From NCBI GenBank assembly GCA_037481815.1, contig JBBFKX010000001.1, forward strand, positions 837,832-855,597: a stretch of DNA of 17,766 nucleotides, read 5' to 3'. A program made the translations under genes and the position numbers. Origin of the DNA: a candidate division WOR-3 bacterium (lineage in GTDB: Bacteria > Hydrothermota > 32-111). Below the pieces are notes generated by a model. The model was not told where the DNA came from. It saw only the letters and a program-made list of their open reading frames with translations, and ran no database searches. This document shows positions 1 through 9,287 of the stretch, piece after piece; position 1 is the first letter of the stretch, and each line of letters starts with the position of its first letter.

Positions 1-1619
1 ATCCATGCACTATCAAGATATCTCCCAGAACTATCCCCCTTAAACCATATCTCTTTCCCCACTCTCTCCCCTACCCATATAAGTTCAGGAAAACTCCCCT
101 TCACTCCATAACACTCACTCTCAAACACTATTGAATCCAACTTTATCGTATCATACCCAACATTGCAAAACTTTATCTCTTTATACAATGTGTCTCCATT
201 TACACTACTCCCGAATATCAGTGTATCCACATCTCTTGCCAATTCAACATTGTCTACATCAACCTGCAATCTCCTGTATTCAAATACATAAGTCCTCTGA
301 TACTCCTCCGGTGTATATTCTGTCGGATAGGGCGGTGGACACCAGTAATCATGCCCCGAAAATAAAACCTCTTTCATCCCATTACCATTAAAATCATAAG
401 CCCTCACTGTACTGCACAGCGTCTGATATGTGCTATCCGTCCATTCATATATCTTCCCATATATATCACCACCATAATTCTTCCATATCTCAACATGCCT
501 CCCTCCATTTATCAAGATATCCTCCAGTCCATCTCCATCAATATCTCCACAATCACATCCAGCACCTGAACTCAATAAATCCGCATTAGCCCATACCGTT
601 ATATTCGGATTAGGCGGGGAACTACACTCTGTTGTCCACTTTATCTCAAGTATATCCTTCTCTGGATTGTATTCAACAAGATAATATCTGTAATATTGAT
701 ACAATGTAAGTCCATCCATATACCAGGAATTCGCCAATAAAATTTCATTATATCCATTCCCGTTTATATCGTTTGTAATAATCATTTTTCTTAACAGCGG
801 ATCATTATAATTCCAGACACTAAATCTTATACTATCTTTAAAATTAAATGAATCACCTGTCTTATCGGTTGCTTCATACCACAAGATTTTACTACTAGCA
901 TAAAAGTTGGTTGCAATTATTACATCAACAAGTCCATTATTATTTAAATTTCCTACAATTACAGGTTCTTTTAACTGCACCGTCTCAGCAAATGTGTGTG
1001 TCAACTCAAGAGTGTTTTCATCAACATACTCCAAATACCCCCATCCATAACTCCGTGTCCTTGTGGTTATACCCGGTAAACCAACCCACACCAGTCTGTC
1101 TATTGAATCCCCTTTCAACTCGTTCGTTATATCCAATGGACCAAATGAATAAGTCGTATCCGCCAACCATAAAACCTGTTTCGTTGTATCCGGAAACTCT
1201 TCCCTGCTCTTCTGTTCAAGTATATGAATATTAATGTTTTTATTTACTACTCTCATTATTTCTACCATCTCATATAAACCATCATTATCAAAATCCCCTA
1301 TTCCAATTGGAGCTGTAAAAGTAGTATCCTCTAAACTTGCCGGATGTGGAAAAACAATCCTGTAGACCTCTTCAAAATGGTATCCCCCTTCTCTCCTGTA
1401 TTCAAAAAAAGGATGATAGGGATAAATATCTCCTATTTTGAAATGAGCAGTATGTAATATTAATTCTTCTATACCATTATTGTTAAAATCAAATTTACCT
1501 ATCGAAAACCATCCTGGATTTACTAAAGCTCCATGGGGAATCGTTGTCAACATCTCAAAATCAGCATATACAAAAATCACTATCGATAACATTATCACCA
1601 AAACAATCACCCACTTCAT
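1..1619 (-). CDS. Secreted FG-GAP/VCBS-like repeat (beta-propeller) protein with a following Ig-like domain; 3' end lies outside the window (at least 539 aa)
   Basis: Translated by hand: ATG at 1619, preceded by AGGTGGGAG, with no stop down to base 1. Signal peptide MKWVIVLVIMLSIVIFVYA-DF. Six DxDxDG-type motifs: GKFDFNNNGIEEL, GDFDNDGLYEMV, GNLNNNGLVDVII, NDINGNGYNEILL, GDIDGDGLEDILI, YDFNGNGMKEVLF. These are followed by LIFGSSVNGDTLYKEIKFCNVGYDTIKLDSI, which resembles an ASPM/Hydin or choice-of-anchor D Ig fold. Missing from the ORF track because no stop falls inside the window. Confidence 0.88.
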   Translation of the reverse strand, partial: MKWVIVLVIMLSIVIFVYADFEMLTTIPHGALVNPGWFSIGKFDFNNNGIEELILHTAHFKIGDIYPYHPFFEYRREGGYHFEEVYRIVFPHPASLEDTTFTAPIGIGDFDNDGLYEMVEIMRVVNKNINIHILEQKSREEFPDTTKQVLWLADTTYSFGPLDITNELKGDSIDRLVWVGLPGITTRTRSYGWGYLEYVDENTLELTHTFAETVQLKEPVIVGNLNNNGLVDVIIATNFYASSKILWYEATDKTGDSFNFKDSIRFSVWNYNDPLLRKMIITNDINGNGYNEILLANSWYMDGLTLYQYYRYYLVEYNPEKDILEIKWTTECSSPPNPNITVWANADLLSSGAGCDCGDIDGDGLEDILINGGRHVEIWKNYGGDIYGKIYEWTDSTYQTLCSTVRAYDFNGNGMKEVLFSGHDYWCPPPYPTEYTPEEYQRTYVFEYRRLQVDVDNVELARDVDTLIFGSSVNGDTLYKEIKFCNVGYDTIKLDSIVFESECYGVKGSFPELIWVGERVGKEIWFKGDSSGRYLDSAW

Positions 1620-1636
1620 ATCTCCCACCTTCTAAA

Positions 1637-1661
1637 AGATAGGGGTATTATACCCCTATCT
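1637..1661 (-). terminator. Perfect 11-bp stem-loop overlapping the stop codon of the 890-aa gene; weak intrinsic terminator or RNA-stabilising hairpin
   Basis: AGATAGGGGTA-TTA-TACCCCTATCT. On the minus strand it ends in a short U tract (TCTTTTAG), and the SD of the next gene follows directly. Confidence 0.6.
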
Positions 1662-4324
1662 CACTCTCACTATCTTCTTTGTATATTCTATGCCTCCAAC
1701 ATCTATTACCACAAAATATATCCCTCTCTTTATCTTTACATCCATTCCATATTCACCTCTAACCTGATATCCCATCTCCTTCTTCTCCACCACTCGCCCT
1801 GTTATATCCATAACTCTTATCCTTACATCTCCATCTCCTTTCATCATATATTCTATTCGACCATTACCTTCATTATACCTGATATTGTTTATCATACCTT
1901 CATACTTCTCTTCCACTGTCTCTTTCACTCCTGCCTTTATCCCTCCTTTCACCATCGATATAACTCCACCTTCCTCTTCATATTCATATACCTCTATCTC
2001 TGCTACCCTATTTTTATCCCCCTTCTTCCTATCAATACTGATCTCTATTTTTTTGTCACCTGCATATTTCTCCTTCGGAACAACTATCTCCAATACCTTC
2101 TCTCCAGGTCCACCATAAATTACTCCATACACCTCTCCATCTATCTGAACAACTTCTGGTATATGTGGATTTTTATCTTCTATCTTTACCTTCACCAGAT
2201 AGTTCATCTCTCCATTCATTCCCCCCACTTCATACACCATCCTCTCTATCTTAAAATTACCCTCAACATACTCCCTCAATGGACTTATTATCACTCCATC
2301 TATCGTGTCTGTCGGCTCTCCACTCGAATATGGCAATACATCCTGACTGTAACTCCTCACCTTCGATTTAAATCTGTATTCACCATTACTACCCTCAAAC
2401 CAGCAATAATAAAACTTCGTCTCTATTAACCCTTTCTTATACACAGCATCCATACTATATATCGAATCATCTCCATCATATATAACATAACTCTCCGGTG
2501 TCAATGTGTCTGAATATCCCGCCCTGTATCCTATTATCTTATCATAATCCCTTATATATGATGACTGCACCACATTCCTGCTTATTGGATATCTGTTTAT
2601 CCCTCTTCCAGAACTAACTCTACCATACTCCGAATTCCAGATCTCTGTTGTCCCATCTCCATTATCAACCTCCCAAATAAATATCGTAACCCTGTTATCA
2701 TAATCTCCTGATGGATTCTGTGCCTTCTGATATGCTGGACTGATTAAATCAAAATAACTCCAAGTTGAATTTAACATATCCCATCTACTTCCAACAAGAT
2801 GCCATCCCGTATCTATGCATGCAGCCATATAGGACTCTGATAAAGTAGGAAGTTCATAACAAGGCACCACCACAGGTGAAAACATTGGAACGACTCCATC
2901 TTTTGTGCCTGTATATGTAAACACTGTATCAAATTCAATGTTCCCTATATCCTCATCACTCCATACACCTACTATCAAATCTCCTCTATTTAACCCTTCA
3001 TACCTGTATCCTATATATCCACCTATCTTCCTGTCACTCTCCCAACTACCAAACATTACCGGCTCTGAACTCCACAACACAGGATATTGACTGAATCCAC
3101 CCCACGGTGAACTCTTCACAGCATACTCTATGTTCGTCCCATTATTCCACATCGCTATTAAACCCTCTGTCGTCTTCACAAGGGAAGGATTTATCCCCCT
3201 TCCTATCTTCTCAAGATTCCAGATACCTCCAAAATTATCACTATATCCATATATCACACTGTCTCCATCCGTATACACCATATGCATCCTGTCACTGTTC
3301 AACTCCCTTACAACCTTCCTTTGATTGTTCAACCCCAATCCATATCCACTCTCACTCCATATATAGGGGGTTATCTCTCCTGTATAGGGAACAAAACCTT
3401 CTTTTTCAACTGTTAAACTAAGAGAAGATGTATTTTTCAAATAAATATCATAAAAACTGCTGCCATCTACATCGGTAAAATCTGAATACAATAGTTGATT
3501 TTTTTGGTAAATATTTGTTTTTGCATTTATTACAGGAGATAAATCATAAAAATTTTTTACTTCTATTTTTTCTAAATATGAATTTAAAACTTTTCTTTCA
3601 GGAGTGAAATTGACAAGTAAAAAATTGTTTAGATCGGGGTAAAAATAAATATCATCTATCGAAACACTAAAAGTCAAATTATTACTTGTCGCCTGTGAAG
3701 TACTATACGCTCTTGCATAAAATCTGATTTTCTGGGGTACAGATGTATTTTCTATAGATACCAAGTCATTAATAATATATTTATTCCCATCTTTCACAAT
3801 CTCTATCTGAAATTTAGGGAAATCCACTAAAGGCTCTAAAACATATATTGAAACAGTCGTGTCATAAACTAAAGTTTGATTTTGATATAATTTAAAAATT
3901 AAATTGACAAATAAAAATTTATCTATATTTGTAAATTCTATAGTAAGTGAATCATTATTTTCAAAACATAAAGCAAAATTTAAAGAACTTTTGAAATCAT
4001 CATCATAAACAACACCATAATCATCCTGGATTTCATAACCTAAATAACCGTTTCCCTCTCTTAGATATTCCTTAATATAAGTCGGAATTTCTTTTTCAAG
4101 ACCTATAAAAGAAGTTTCAGGAAATTCTGTTAAACCAACTTTAAAATTTAAAACTGTATCCGTGAAATCAATGTTTCCATATTCATCATTATAAGGTTTT
4201 TTGAATAATTCCCCGTTCCCATTTTGAAATATAATCCAGTAAGGGCTTATTCCAATTTCACCTTGAAAATCATCACTCATGAGATACTTTTCCTGAGCAA
4301 AAATGGAAATAGGAAATGAAGCGA

Positions 4325-4328
<4 letters not shown>
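1656..4328 (-). CDS. Large secreted protein with T9SS type A-like C-terminal sorting domain; probable true start at 4426, frameshifted by the (AG)16 tract
   Basis: 890-aa ORF. C-terminus VRIRVMDITGRVV...KRGIYFVVIDVGGIEYTKKIVRVR fits the Por CTD pattern. It has an Asp-box-like motif (YSDNFGGIW) and an Ig/carboxypeptidase-regulatory-like segment (FTDVDGSS...LTVEKEGFVPY). Met 4328 has no SD and only the tail of a signal peptide (MIASFPISIFA-QE). Confidence 0.85.
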
Positions 4329-4426
<98 letters not shown>

Positions 4427-4444
4427 TTAACTTCCTTTTTTAGA

Positions 4445-4472
4445 ATATTAAAAAAAAATGAAAAAAAGTCAA
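4445..4472 (-). promoter_or_regulatory. Putative sigma70 promoter for the repeat-containing gene
   Basis: TTGACT (4472-4467), 16 nt, TAATAT (4450-4445), just upstream of the SD and ATG 4426. The spacer is almost entirely T homopolymers. Confidence 0.55.
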
Positions 4473-4499
4473 GAGAAAAAATATTTAACAGAATATAAC

Positions 4500-4527
4500 T
4501 TGACACAACAGATCAAAAGAATATAAT
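4500..4527 (+). promoter_or_regulatory. Consensus sigma70 promoter for the symporter-oxidoreductase operon
   Basis: TTGACA (4500-4505), 16 nt, TATAAT (4522-4527). SD AGGAG at 4550-4554, ATG at 4562. Confidence 0.8.
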
Positions 4528-4561
4528 TTTTCTATTTTAATTTTAACACAGGAGTAAAAAA

Positions 4562-5986
4562 ATGAACATATATTCAATCATAGTTCTTTTGTATTTTTTG
4601 CTTGTTGTTTCAATTTCATTTGTGACAAAAAAGATTGCAGAAAGGTCTTCTGCTGACTATCTGATAGCAGGAAGAAATCTTGGAACTTTCGTTTGCGCCG
4701 TTGTTGTTGCTGCTGAATGGCTTGGAGGAATGTCAACTATAGGTATAAGTGAAAAGGCATTCAAAACGATGACTTTACAGCCAATACTTTATAACTTTGC
4801 AACAGCAACAGGAATGATCATCATCGGATTTACTGTTGCTTACCATTACAGAACAAGGAATGTTCATACTGTAAGTGAGATGTTGAAATCGATTTTTGGT
4901 GAAGAGATTTCAACAATTTCTGCATTTGCATTTTTAATCGCTTACATCGTTCTTTCATATGTTCAACTCCAGACATGCGCAAGTATCATAGCACCAATTT
5001 TGAAACTTGACTGGACATTGTCAGTTATAATCTCTGCAGCGATAATAACACTCTATACATATATTGGAGGAATGTACGCTTTAACAATAACCGGTATAAT
5101 CCACCTTGTTGCAATGTATTTTGGACTTGGAGTTGCAACAATAATAGGAATAACAAAAATTGGTGGTTTTTCAAACCTACAATCGATTTTACAATCACAG
5201 GGAGCACCGAATAACCTTTACAACCCATTCACAACTAACTTTTCCGCTGCTTTCAGTTTACTTTTAGGTGGAATTCTCGGCGGAATGGCAGGTCAGGCAA
5301 GTATTCAACCGATATTTTCTGCAAAGGATCCACAAACTGCGAAAAAAGCCGCTGTTCTTTCTGGAATAATAGTTGCACCTTTCGGCATAATGACAGGACT
5401 TCTGGGACTCCTTGCAAAAACTGGGAAATTCTTTGATCCAGGAGCGATAAAAGCAAATGAAGCACTTGGAACAATACTAACTTCAGCAACATTCATAAAT
5501 CCGATTCTTGGTGGAATAGCGCTGGCAGGAGTTATCGCAGCGATACTTTCAACAGTGGGACCTGTGAATTTTGCTGTTGTGACTATAGCAACAAAAGATA
5601 TTTACCAGAATCTTTCGAAAAAGGCAAAGGATGATAAAAAGATTCTTCAAACAGCAAAAAATCTTGTGATACTTATAAACTTTATCACGATTCCACTTGC
5701 AATACTTTTCAGAAATGCGATTCTTGACACCGCATATATTTCCTATGCGATAAGAGGTATAGGTGCTATTGTTATCCTCTTTGCACTTTACCTGAAAGGA
5801 CTCATAACAAAGACGGGAGTCAAACTTTCATTTATCGGTGGAGTTGTGGTGATATTCTTATGTCTTCTTGGTAAACAGATGAAATGGTTTGATATTGATA
5901 AAACATATGGTGCTGTTATTTCAACAATAATTTTTATAATAGTCGGTTATGTATGGGATAAATTTATCAAAAAATCGGAGAAATAA
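4562..5986 (+). CDS. Sodium:solute symporter (SSS/SLC5 family), substrate unknown
   Basis: 474 aa with many hydrophobic segments. Family-type motifs DYLIAGRNLG, AAEWLGGMSTIG, TVSEML, YTYIGGM, QPIFSAKD, AAILST. Good SD. Confidence 0.9.
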   Translation: MNIYSIIVLLYFLLVVSISFVTKKIAERSSADYLIAGRNLGTFVCAVVVAAEWLGGMSTIGISEKAFKTMTLQPILYNFATATGMIIIGFTVAYHYRTRNVHTVSEMLKSIFGEEISTISAFAFLIAYIVLSYVQLQTCASIIAPILKLDWTLSVIISAAIITLYTYIGGMYALTITGIIHLVAMYFGLGVATIIGITKIGGFSNLQSILQSQGAPNNLYNPFTTNFSAAFSLLLGGILGGMAGQASIQPIFSAKDPQTAKKAAVLSGIIVAPFGIMTGLLGLLAKTGKFFDPGAIKANEALGTILTSATFINPILGGIALAGVIAAILSTVGPVNFAVVTIATKDIYQNLSKKAKDDKKILQTAKNLVILINFITIPLAILFRNAILDTAYISYAIRGIGAIVILFALYLKGLITKTGVKLSFIGGVVVIFLCLLGKQMKWFDIDKTYGAVISTIIFIIVGYVWDKFIKKSEK

Positions 5987-5987
5987 G

Positions 5988-7103
5988 ATGGAAAATGGAA
6001 AAAAGATTTTTGTTAACGGTTCATTTTTAATCGTTGAATCGATCGCAAGAGCAGGGGCTGACACATTTGTTGGGTATCCCATAACACCTTCGAACTATCT
6101 TTACCTGTACAGTTCAAAAAGGTTACCATTAACATTTCATGCTCCAGATGAAATAACTACACTACAATGGATGTCAGGACTTTCAGCAGCAGGAAGATTA
6201 CCAATAACAGCAACATCATTCCCTGGATTCGCTTTGATGGTTGAGTCAATCAATATGGCTTTCATGATGGAACTTCCAATGGTGATAATACTTGCCCAAA
6301 GGTTGGGGCCATCAACTGGAACTGCTACATGTGGTGCATCAGGTGATCTTTTACTCGTAAGAGGGATGATATCGGGTGGTTACCCCGTTCCAACATTTGC
6401 AATTTCTGACTTCAAAGATTGCTGGGAGATACCTGAAATCGCTATTAATACTGCAGTGAACTTAAGAACACCTGTCATAATTTTAACCTCAAAAGAGATC
6501 ACGATGACAAACAGAAGTTTTGAGATATCTTCTTTAAAAGAGATAAAAAAAGTTGAAAGAAAATTTTATAGTTCAGATGAAACATACATTCCATATAAAC
6601 CTGAAAAAAATCTTGTTCCAGAGTTTTTGCCTCTATCATCAAACAAACATCAGATAAGAATAAACGCCTCAACACACGATCAGAAAGGTATATTGCAACA
6701 TTCAACAAAGGAAGCACTTGAAAACAGTGCAAGGTTGTACAAAAAAATTGTTTCAAACATAAAAGATTTCACACTCTATGAATATGATGAGGATGGAAAC
6801 GAAAATCTTTTGATAAGTTTTGATGTGAGTTCTGTTGTGTGTAAAGAAGCGATGAAAGATTTAAGAAACGAAAAGAAGAAGGTCTCTTTGCTCGTTGCAA
6901 AAACTCTTGTGCCTGTTCCAGATGTTTACTATGAGATAATTTCGAAATACAAAAAGATTTTTGTTGTTGAAGAAAATCTAAACGGTCAACTGTGTGAAAT
7001 GCTTTTTGGTAACAACATTCCTGATAATGTAATAAAAATAAATTCCATAGGTAAGATGATCAGCATAGATAAAATCAAAGAAGAGGTTAGAAAAAATGGA
7101 TAA
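5988..7103 (+). CDS. 2-oxoacid:ferredoxin oxidoreductase alpha subunit (KorA/VorB-like), 371 aa
   Basis: Motifs GYPITPS, DEIT, ATSFPGFALMVE, QRLGPSTG, VVEENLNGQL. Start reassigned to ATG 5988, which has GGAG at 5977-5980 and lies 1 nt after the symporter stop. Confidence 0.92.
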   Translation: MENGKKIFVNGSFLIVESIARAGADTFVGYPITPSNYLYLYSSKRLPLTFHAPDEITTLQWMSGLSAAGRLPITATSFPGFALMVESINMAFMMELPMVIILAQRLGPSTGTATCGASGDLLLVRGMISGGYPVPTFAISDFKDCWEIPEIAINTAVNLRTPVIILTSKEITMTNRSFEISSLKEIKKVERKFYSSDETYIPYKPEKNLVPEFLPLSSNKHQIRINASTHDQKGILQHSTKEALENSARLYKKIVSNIKDFTLYEYDEDGNENLLISFDVSSVVCKEAMKDLRNEKKKVSLLVAKTLVPVPDVYYEIISKYKKIFVVEENLNGQLCEMLFGNNIPDNVIKINSIGKMISIDKIKEEVRKNG

Positions 7104-8358
7104 AAAATTCTTGAATTCAAATAAACTTCCATTCTGTGCTGGTTGTGGACACCACCTGATAGCACAGAACACAGAAAAAGCACTTGAAAAACTGAACATC
7201 GATCCACTGGATGTAATCCTCGTTTCTGACATTGGTTGTCATGGAATAATAGATAAATTTGCAAACTCACACACAGTCCATGGATTACATGGAAGATCTG
7301 TTGCACTTGCAGCAGGAATTTCCCTTGGGCTAAAAAATAAAAACAAAAAAGTTATAGTTTTCATCGGTGATGGAGGTGCAACGATTGGAATGCAGCACAT
7401 TCTTGAGGCATCACGTCTTGACATAGATTTAACTATCTTAATCCACAACAACATGCTTTATGGAATGACAGGTGGACAGGCAAGTGGATTAACTCCAAAA
7501 GGTTTTGTTACAACAACAACACCTGATAAAAGTAAAACAAGAAATTATGATATCTGTCAGATAGCACTCGCTGCAAAAGCGAGTTTTGTTGCAAGAGTAG
7601 TTGTGAAACCAGATTTTTCAAATATTATCGCTGATGCAATAAAAAATGATGGTTTTTCTTTAGTTGAGGCGATCGAGTTATGTCCAAGTTATGCTGTGAA
7701 GATGAATAAAGGGATGAAAATTTCTGAAATTTTAAAAGAGATTGGAGAAGAAGAGTTTGTTAAAAAGAATGAAAATTATAGGTGGGAATTTTATACAAAT
7801 TCAACAGAGAACCTATTCGATAAGGTAAAAATACTTGAAAAAAAATATGAACATAAACTTGAAAAAACATTCTGTATACAACTATCAGGTTCAGCTGGTG
7901 AAGGAGTTCAGACAGCAGGTGAAGCGTTCTGTTATGCTTCAATACTTTCAGGTCTCTCTGTTAACCATAGAGGAAGTTATCCTGTTACAGTGGGGGTAGG
8001 ATTTTCAACAACTGAAATAATAATCTCTCCAGAACAAGATTGCACTTACAATGTGAATTCTCCAGATATAATAATCATAACATCTTTGGATGGACTCAAT
8101 GTTAACATTGAAAAGTTGAAAAGTTTTAAGGGGATACTCTATCTTGATAACTCACTTGAAACACCTCAAACCGAAGCAAAAATTATCAGATACGATTTCC
8201 GAAAATTTGGTGCAAAAAATAGTGCGGTTTTCTCGTTGTTTTACATTTTAAAAGAAAAAGAGATATATCCAATCGATGCTTTAATAGATGGGCTTGAACT
8301 TGCAAATCTGAAAGATAAGGTTGATCTTGAAAAATTTAAACAAGATTTGAACATTTAA
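7096..8358 (+). CDS. 2-oxoacid:ferredoxin oxidoreductase, fused beta (TPP/Fe-S) and gamma domains
   Basis: Beta motifs FCAGCGH, DIGCHG, HGLHGRS, GDGG...HNNMLYGMTGGQAS, LCPSY. Gamma motif LSGSAGEGVQTAGE...SYPVTVGVGFSTTEIIIS. Overlaps the alpha stop; SD GAGG. Confidence 0.92.
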   Translation: MDKKFLNSNKLPFCAGCGHHLIAQNTEKALEKLNIDPLDVILVSDIGCHGIIDKFANSHTVHGLHGRSVALAAGISLGLKNKNKKVIVFIGDGGATIGMQHILEASRLDIDLTILIHNNMLYGMTGGQASGLTPKGFVTTTTPDKSKTRNYDICQIALAAKASFVARVVVKPDFSNIIADAIKNDGFSLVEAIELCPSYAVKMNKGMKISEILKEIGEEEFVKKNENYRWEFYTNSTENLFDKVKILEKKYEHKLEKTFCIQLSGSAGEGVQTAGEAFCYASILSGLSVNHRGSYPVTVGVGFSTTEIIISPEQDCTYNVNSPDIIIITSLDGLNVNIEKLKSFKGILYLDNSLETPQTEAKIIRYDFRKFGAKNSAVFSLFYILKEKEIYPIDALIDGLELANLKDKVDLEKFKQDLNI

Positions 8359-8361
8359 CTT

Positions 8362-9276
8362 CTAAACAAGTTCTGCTATCGCCCTTGCGATAAGCATTGA
8401 ATTGAACCTTCTGTCAGCTCCATCTGATCTTGAGTTCAAAACAACCGGAACTGAAGCACCAAGAACAACTCCACCACTTTTTGCATCAGCATGGAATTTG
8501 TATGCTTTCCCAAGGATGTTTCCACTTTCAAGGTTTGGAACTATAAGTATATCAGGATCACCTGCAACTTCTGAACCTTTCAACTTCTTACTATCAGCAG
8601 ATTTTTTATCTATCGCTGTATCATACGCTAAAGGACCATCGATTATAAATCCTTTTATCTGCCCTCTCTGATACATTTGTGTTAAACACGCAGCATCGAT
8701 GGTAGATTCAACTTTTGTGTTTATAACCTCAAGAGCAGAAAGTAAAGCAACTTTTGGGGTTTCGATTTCAAGAGCGTTGTATAAAATTTTTGTATTCTCA
8801 ATAATATATTTTTTTTCTTCCATCGTTGGAACAGGTATTATAGCGTTATCTGTGACAGAGATGAATTTATGGTATGAAGGCATTTCAAAAAGTGTAAGGT
8901 TTGAAAGAACACCTGATTTTTTTATTCCTGTTTCCTTATCAAGTATAGGTTTTAAATAAAATACGGTTTCAAGTTTCCCTTTAACAAGGATCTCAGCTTT
9001 TTTCTCTTTAATGTATTTCACAGCAAGTTTCCCTGATTCCTCATCAGAAGAAGAATCAACTATCTCAAAATCGTTTAAATTTTCACCAAAATCTTTTATT
9101 ATATTCTCTATTTTTTGAGCATCTCCAATAAGTATTGGAGTTTTTACTATTCCAACTTTCATCGATTCAACTACACTTTCAATCACATCCCTATCATGTG
9201 CTGCCGCAACAACAACCCTTTTTGCAGACATTTTTAAAACTTTTTCCTTTAATTCACTAAAACTTTTTATTCCCAT
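8362..9276 (-). CDS. ptb: Phosphate butyryltransferase (PTA/PTB family), 304 aa
   Basis: Motifs VVVAAAHD, ILVKGKLET, PKVALLSALE, IDGPLAYDTAI, VAGDPDILIVPNLESGNILGK, GASVPVVLNSRSD. Start set at ATG 9276 (GGAGG at 9281-9285). Directly downstream of buk. Confidence 0.9.
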   Translation of the reverse strand: MGIKSFSELKEKVLKMSAKRVVVAAAHDRDVIESVVESMKVGIVKTPILIGDAQKIENIIKDFGENLNDFEIVDSSSDEESGKLAVKYIKEKKAEILVKGKLETVFYLKPILDKETGIKKSGVLSNLTLFEMPSYHKFISVTDNAIIPVPTMEEKKYIIENTKILYNALEIETPKVALLSALEVINTKVESTIDAACLTQMYQRGQIKGFIIDGPLAYDTAIDKKSADSKKLKGSEVAGDPDILIVPNLESGNILGKAYKFHADAKSGGVVLGASVPVVLNSRSDGADRRFNSMLIARAIAELV

Positions 9277-9287
9277 CTTTCCTCCAT

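Noticed and set aside
1647..1652. TATAAT (minus strand) in the hairpin loop region as an internal promoter
   Set aside because: There is no -35 or TG extension at a suitable distance; it is better explained as part of the hairpin.
131..3421. Short + strand ORFs (131-391, 911-1234, 1885-2118, 2163-2429, 2905-3090, 3107-3421, 3130-3324)
   Set aside because: They are antisense shadows of long minus-strand genes, with no recognisable motifs.
5949..5987. Longer start for the OFOR alpha subunit (MYGINLSK...)
   Set aside because: It overlaps the symporter by 38 nt, whereas ATG 5988 has a well-spaced GGAG.
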